Below are positions 7,670 to 11,073 of a DNA stretch of 11,073 bases, piece by piece. Source of the stretch: Candidatus Krumholzibacteriota bacterium (lineage in GTDB: Bacteria > Krumholzibacteriota > Krumholzibacteriia > LZORAL124-64-63); NCBI GenBank assembly GCA_039714075.1, contig JBDLKA010000113.1:1-11073 (forward strand), written 5' to 3'. The notes below the pieces were generated by a model. That model saw only the letters and a list, made by a program, of their open reading frames with translations, was not told where the DNA came from and did no database searches. Both the position numbers and the translations under genes were made by a program. Each line of letters opens with the position of its first letter. Position 1 is the stretch's first letter.

Positions 7670-7797
7670 GCCTTTTGAGGCCCTGAAAGGGCTCCCTGTG
7701 CACGAAGAACCCGAGTAATCCGCAGGCCGAAGACTGAGGACATCCCGGGTTCTTCGTGCACAGGGAGCCCTTTCAGGGCCCCAAAAGACCACCCCTA
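7670..7797 (-). repeat. Long palindromic element copy 2: 35-bp perfect arms around a conserved 28-nt core
   Basis: 7679-7713 is the exact reverse complement of 7746-7780, and pairing extends to 7670/7789 and 7715/7744 with three A-C mismatches. The core (minus strand, 7743-7716) is ATGTCCTCAGTCTTCGGCCTGCGGATTA. The element begins TAGGGGTGGT at the DUF4097 stop codon. Confidence 0.9.
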
Positions 7798-8715
7798 ATG
7801 TTTCTGAATCACCACATCACCACTGAAGGTATTGATGCGCACCCGGGCGTCCCCCCCGCCGGTGGTAAACTCCAACTCCCTGCCGGGAGCGTACTTGCTC
7901 GTCTTGCGGGATTTCTGACCGAAGCCGTTGTCGATCTCGCCGGAGAAGGTTTCGATCTCGAAGTCGGCGCTCACATCCGCCGGTACGATCAGGGTCAGGT
8001 CGCCGCTGTGCAGGTCGAAGCTGAAATAGGCGTCGTCGGCCAGGTCGCCCTTGACCGTGGCGTCACCGGCCACCGATTCCAGGTTCAGGCCCAGGAACCG
8101 GTCGAAGACCAGATCGATGCTGCCGCTGACGGTCCCGGCCTCGATATCGCTGACCTTGCCCCTGGCCTTCACCTTGCCGCTGATGCTGCCGATCTCGATT
8201 TCCGGGGCGCCGCCATCGATGAAAACACCGCCGCTGATCGATTCGGCCTCGATCCTTTCGCACGCACCGTTGACGGTGACATCACCGCTGATGGAGGACA
8301 CATCAATCCGGCCGGTGACCTCGGAGACCTCGATGGACGCGCTGATGCATTCCACTTCCAGGCGGCTGCCGTGGGGCACATTGATGACCAGGTCGGCGCT
8401 CCCATTAACATTCTTCTTCTTGGGATAGACGACCTCGATCCGGCTTTTTTTCTTGCCCGCCTTGAACTTGATTTCCTCGATATCACCGGTAAGAGTTGCA
8501 TTCACCCTGACTTCGTTCTTGTCCCAACCGACGACCTGGACCGAACCGGCGATGTTTTCCACCAGGACGGTTCCTTCGGGGGATGCGGGACCGGCGTCCT
8601 CGATTTTCTTGTCGGCCAAAGCGGCCGGAACGGCCAACGTCATCACTAGCAATCCCGTCAGCAAAGCCATGAACCCAAACTTAAGTTCCTTTTCCCCAAC
8701 CAATTCCGTGACCAT
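7795..8715 (-). CDS. DUF4097 family beta-strand repeat exported protein (306 aa)
   Basis: SD AGGAGG and a signal peptide ending PAALA. N.AGSV.V.GWDK.EV and L.I.VP motifs, repeated (S/T)(I/V)SG.(V/I) strands and a terminal NTFSGDV. Confidence 0.88.
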   Translation of the reverse strand: MVTELVGEKELKFGFMALLTGLLVMTLAVPAALADKKIEDAGPASPEGTVLVENIAGSVQVVGWDKNEVRVNATLTGDIEEIKFKAGKKKSRIEVVYPKKKNVNGSADLVINVPHGSRLEVECISASIEVSEVTGRIDVSSISGDVTVNGACERIEAESISGGVFIDGGAPEIEIGSISGKVKARGKVSDIEAGTVSGSIDLVFDRFLGLNLESVAGDATVKGDLADDAYFSFDLHSGDLTLIVPADVSADFEIETFSGEIDNGFGQKSRKTSKYAPGRELEFTTGGGDARVRINTFSGDVVIQKH

Positions 8716-8776
8716 TAGGTTTCCTCCTGTATTCCCGCCGGGTCCGCGGGAAGGGTGTCATCGACGACGCCGACTT

Positions 8777-9235
8777 CTATTCGCGCACGAGTTTTTCCGA
8801 GTTCCTGCGCAGCAGGTTGCCCCGGGTCTTATGAACCATGAGAACGAGATGGGACAGATTCCGGTTTTCGGGATCGTCAGCCAAAGCAAGGGTCAACTCG
8901 TCCAGGGCCTGGTCGATGACCGCCATGCCGTTGCTCCCGGCTTCCGGCCGGCCGGCCAGTTCCGGCACCGCCCTCTGTCCGGTGATCGAACGCATTCCGA
9001 GCCAACCGGCGGCCAACATCAGGGTCAGCGCCGCCGCCGTGGCCGTGATCCGCAACCAGCCGGCAACATGACGGCTTGGCAAACGGCTGCGGCCCCCTTG
9101 TTCCTCCCGGTCGATGGCGGCCTCGATGTCAGGCCACAGATCGCGGTCCGGAGCCGTACCGATGTCCCGCATCTGTCCCGCCAGACGTTCCAACTGCCTG
9201 TCCTGCTGATGGTTTTGTGATGGATTACGCCCCAT
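8777..9235 (-). CDS. Putative transmembrane anti-sigma factor (152 aa)
   Basis: 11-bp overlap with the ECF sigma gene and SD GGAGG. Cytoplasmic P.RDLWP.I..I motif, one TM helix (TAAALTLMLAAGWL) and a C-terminal helical AL..DP.N..L segment. Confidence 0.75.
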   Translation of the reverse strand: MGRNPSQNHQQDRQLERLAGQMRDIGTAPDRDLWPDIEAAIDREEQGGRSRLPSRHVAGWLRITATAAALTLMLAAGWLGMRSITGQRAVPELAGRPEAGSNGMAVIDQALDELTLALADDPENRNLSHLVLMVHKTRGNLLRRNSEKLVRE

Positions 9236-9821
9236 GAGCGGCCTCCCTGTCCTCGGCCAACATTTTTCTGAGAAGGCGCCGGGCCCGGTGCAGCTGGGCT
9301 TTCACCGTTCCGACGGCCAGATCTAGCAATTCCGCGATTTCCCGGTGGGTGTAGCCCTCCACGTCGTGAAAGACGAACACCAACCGTCCCCCTTCGGGCA
9401 GCCTTGCAATGCAACGCTCCAGGTCCATTCCGGTCAAAAGGTCGATGACCCCGTCCCGGTCAGGCCGCCGGGCGACCTTTATTTCCTCCACCAACCGACC
9501 TTGGCGGGCCGTGGCCCGGAATCGATCCCGCCACAGATTCACCGCCACCCGTCCCAGCCAGCCACCCAGATTGCCGCGACCGGCATACCCGGACATGGCG
9601 AACCAGGCTTTGACGAATGTGTCCTGGGTCAGCGTTTCGGCCTCACCGACATCGGTCGTCAGACGAAGGCAAAGCCCGTAAACCCTGTTAACATGGCGGC
9701 GGTAGATTTCTTCAAAGGCCGCCCGGTCCCCCTCGGCAGCCCTTTCAGCCAACCCGCGGTCAATGGCCAGGTTTTCCCCCGCCAGGGCCGATTGTGGGTA
9801 TTTTAACCTTCGTTCTGCCAT
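9225..9821 (-). CDS. ECF RNA polymerase sigma factor (198 aa)
   Basis: Region 2 (GDRAAFEEIY...AETLTQDTFVKAW...WL.RVAVN) and region 4 (LP.G.R.VFV.HDVEGYTH.EIA..L....GTVKAQLHRAR), with no region 3. Confidence 0.93.
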   Translation of the reverse strand: MAERRLKYPQSALAGENLAIDRGLAERAAEGDRAAFEEIYRRHVNRVYGLCLRLTTDVGEAETLTQDTFVKAWFAMSGYAGRGNLGGWLGRVAVNLWRDRFRATARQGRLVEEIKVARRPDRDGVIDLLTGMDLERCIARLPEGGRLVFVFHDVEGYTHREIAELLDLAVGTVKAQLHRARRLLRKMLAEDREAAHGA

Positions 9822-9882
9822 GAAAATGAGTTATCCTTATTCCACGAAGCGTAGCTCGACCTGAAACGAAGCTCGTCAATAA

Positions 9883-9908
9883 GACGCCCCGACCTTCTTA
9901 AAGGTTTA
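9883..9908 (-). promoter_or_regulatory. ECF-type autoregulatory promoter
   Basis: The minus strand reads TAAACC-N16-CGTC (AAC -35 core, CGT -10 core), about 60 nt upstream of the sigma ATG. Confidence 0.7.
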
Positions 9909-9944
9909 ACCGGGGTTTCAATTTTCCCGAGATGTCTCGGTAGA

Positions 9945-9973
9945 TTGACATCAGTAATTATTATCATTAACTT
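9945..9973 (+). promoter_or_regulatory. sigma70 promoter of fur/perR with an embedded Fur/Per box
   Basis: TTGACA (9945-9950), 17 nt, TAACTT (9968-9973). The spacer holds a 7-1-7 site CAGTAAT-T-ATTATCA (9952-9966). Confidence 0.8.
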
Positions 9974-10039
9974 GGCCCTTCAAAGAGAACCGGGGTCAAT
10001 TGCCGATTTCTCGCCCCGGATCATGGAAGGATAAATACC

Positions 10040-10471
10040 ATGGCTGTCGGAAAACTTCGCCGGAATACACCCCAGAGAAGAGTGATTCTGCAAGAACTCT
10101 GTCAGATGACATCGCATCCGACCGCCGCTGAACTCTACGCAGTTGTGCGCCGGCGGTTGCCCCGGATCAGCCTGGGTACCATCTACCGCAATCTGGAAGT
10201 CCTGCACGAAGACGGCATTATTCGCAAGATGGAATTCGCAGGCAGCGAAACCCGGTTCGACGGCAATCTGGACGAGCACCATCATGTGCGGTGTACGGAA
10301 TGCGATCGGGTCGACGACATTCATTCGACGGACCCGGGTCTCTTCCCGACCCGGCCCGAAGAATTGGGGGGATTCCGGATCACCGGACATCGGTTTGAAT
10401 ATTTCGGGGTATGTCCCGAATGCCGGAAAAGGGAAACACTCCCGGGTTTTTTGAGCAACCCGGTTAATTAA
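10040..10471 (+). CDS. Fur family transcriptional regulator, probably PerR-like (143 aa)
   Basis: R.TPQR..IL, HPTA.E.Y, ISL.TIYRNL, RFD, HHH and two CxxC motifs (CTEC, CPEC). SD AAGGA. The PerR-like call rests on the adjacent peroxiredoxin. Confidence 0.92.
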   Translation: MAVGKLRRNTPQRRVILQELCQMTSHPTAAELYAVVRRRLPRISLGTIYRNLEVLHEDGIIRKMEFAGSETRFDGNLDEHHHVRCTECDRVDDIHSTDPGLFPTRPEELGGFRITGHRFEYFGVCPECRKRETLPGFLSNPVN

Positions 10472-10478
10472 TTACTGA
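10463..10478. promoter_or_regulatory. Second putative Fur/PerR operator upstream of the peroxiredoxin
   Basis: 10469-10478 (TAATTACTGA) is the exact reverse complement of 9951-9960 (TCAGTAATTA) and overlaps the regulator's stop codon. Confidence 0.55.
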
Positions 10479-10552
10479 CCATTCACGGTTCTTTCCCGGT
10501 GCGCCGCAAGGTGGCGCGCCATCCACCAACCTGTCCAAAGGAGAAACACGAC

Positions 10553-11073
10553 ATGGACAATCTTGATTTCGATTTCGTTCCCGTGCCCCTGGTCTCGACC
10601 GAGGCCCCCGACTTCACCGCCACCGCGGTGATGCCGGACAACAGCTTCAAGGACGACTTCAAGCTTTCCGACTACCGGGGCAAGTACGTGGTCATGTTCT
10701 TCTACCCGCTGGACTTCACCTTCGTGTGCCCGTCCGAGATCATCGCCTTCGACAAGCAGCTCGAGGAGTTCAAGAGCCGCGGCGTCGAGGTCATCGGTGT
10801 CTCGACCGACAGCCACTTCAGCCACTGGGCCTGGAAGAACACCGAAGTGAACAACGGCGGCATCGGCAACGTGCAGTACCCGCTGGTGGCCGATTTCCAG
10901 AAGGTCATCAGCCAGGACTACGGCCTGCTGCTGGAGGGCGGCATGGCCCTGCGCGGCACCTTCCTGATCGACAAGGACGGCATCGTGCAGCACAGCACCG
11001 TCAACAACCTGGGCCTGGGCCGGAACATCGACGAGATGATCCGCATGGTCGACGCCCTGCAGCACCTCGAGGA
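10553..11073 (+). CDS. ahpC: Typical 2-Cys peroxiredoxin (AhpC/Prx1), 3' truncated by the window edge
   Basis: Not in the ORF track because it has no stop in the window. Manual translation from ATG 10553 (SD AAGGAG) gives ...APDFTATAV...GKYVVMFFYPLDFTFVCPSEIIAF...GVSTDSHFSH.AW...GGIG...ALRGTFLIDKDG...GRNIDE..RMVDALQ. Confidence 0.95.
   Translation, partial: MDNLDFDFVPVPLVSTEAPDFTATAVMPDNSFKDDFKLSDYRGKYVVMFFYPLDFTFVCPSEIIAFDKQLEEFKSRGVEVIGVSTDSHFSHWAWKNTEVNNGGIGNVQYPLVADFQKVISQDYGLLLEGGMALRGTFLIDKDGIVQHSTVNNLGLGRNIDEMIRMVDALQHLE

Noticed and set aside
3985..7797. Interpreting the palindromes as a CRISPR array, integron attC sites, telomere-resolvase sites or simple terminators
   Set aside because: There is no repeat-spacer array, cas gene or integrase, and no RYYYAAC/GTTRRRY ends. 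A 27-28 nt asymmetric loop is present, and there is no 3' U-tract on either strand.
2698..11065. Long antisense ORFs (2698..3846, 4744..5994, 6048..7385, 7756..8649, 10472..11065)
   Set aside because: Shadow frames of GC3-biased real genes on the opposite strand, with no recognisable motifs.

Overview
GC-rich bacterial chromosomal window from a diderm organism (inferred from a lipoprotein and an outer-membrane beta-barrel). Left to right: DUF805 membrane protein (-), small lipoprotein (-) with a sigma54-type promoter, membrane-anchored hypothetical protein (-), ettA (+), secreted M14 zinc carboxypeptidase (-), porin-like beta-barrel (-), an ECF sigma / anti-sigma / DUF4097 operon (-), then a divergent Fur/PerR regulator (+) and a 2-Cys peroxiredoxin (+, truncated and missing from the ORF track). 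The most striking non-coding signal is a pair of ~125-bp long palindromes at 3985-4111 (+) and 7670-7797 (-). Their 35-40 bp perfect arms are largely unrelated to each other. They nevertheless share a 27-28 nt loop core (23/28 identical), the same 5' end TAGGGGTGGT (whose TAG is the stop codon of the upstream gene in both cases) and nearly the same geometry. The two copies face each other and bracket a 3.8-kb peptidase + porin segment. No transposase or recombinase is visible in the window.
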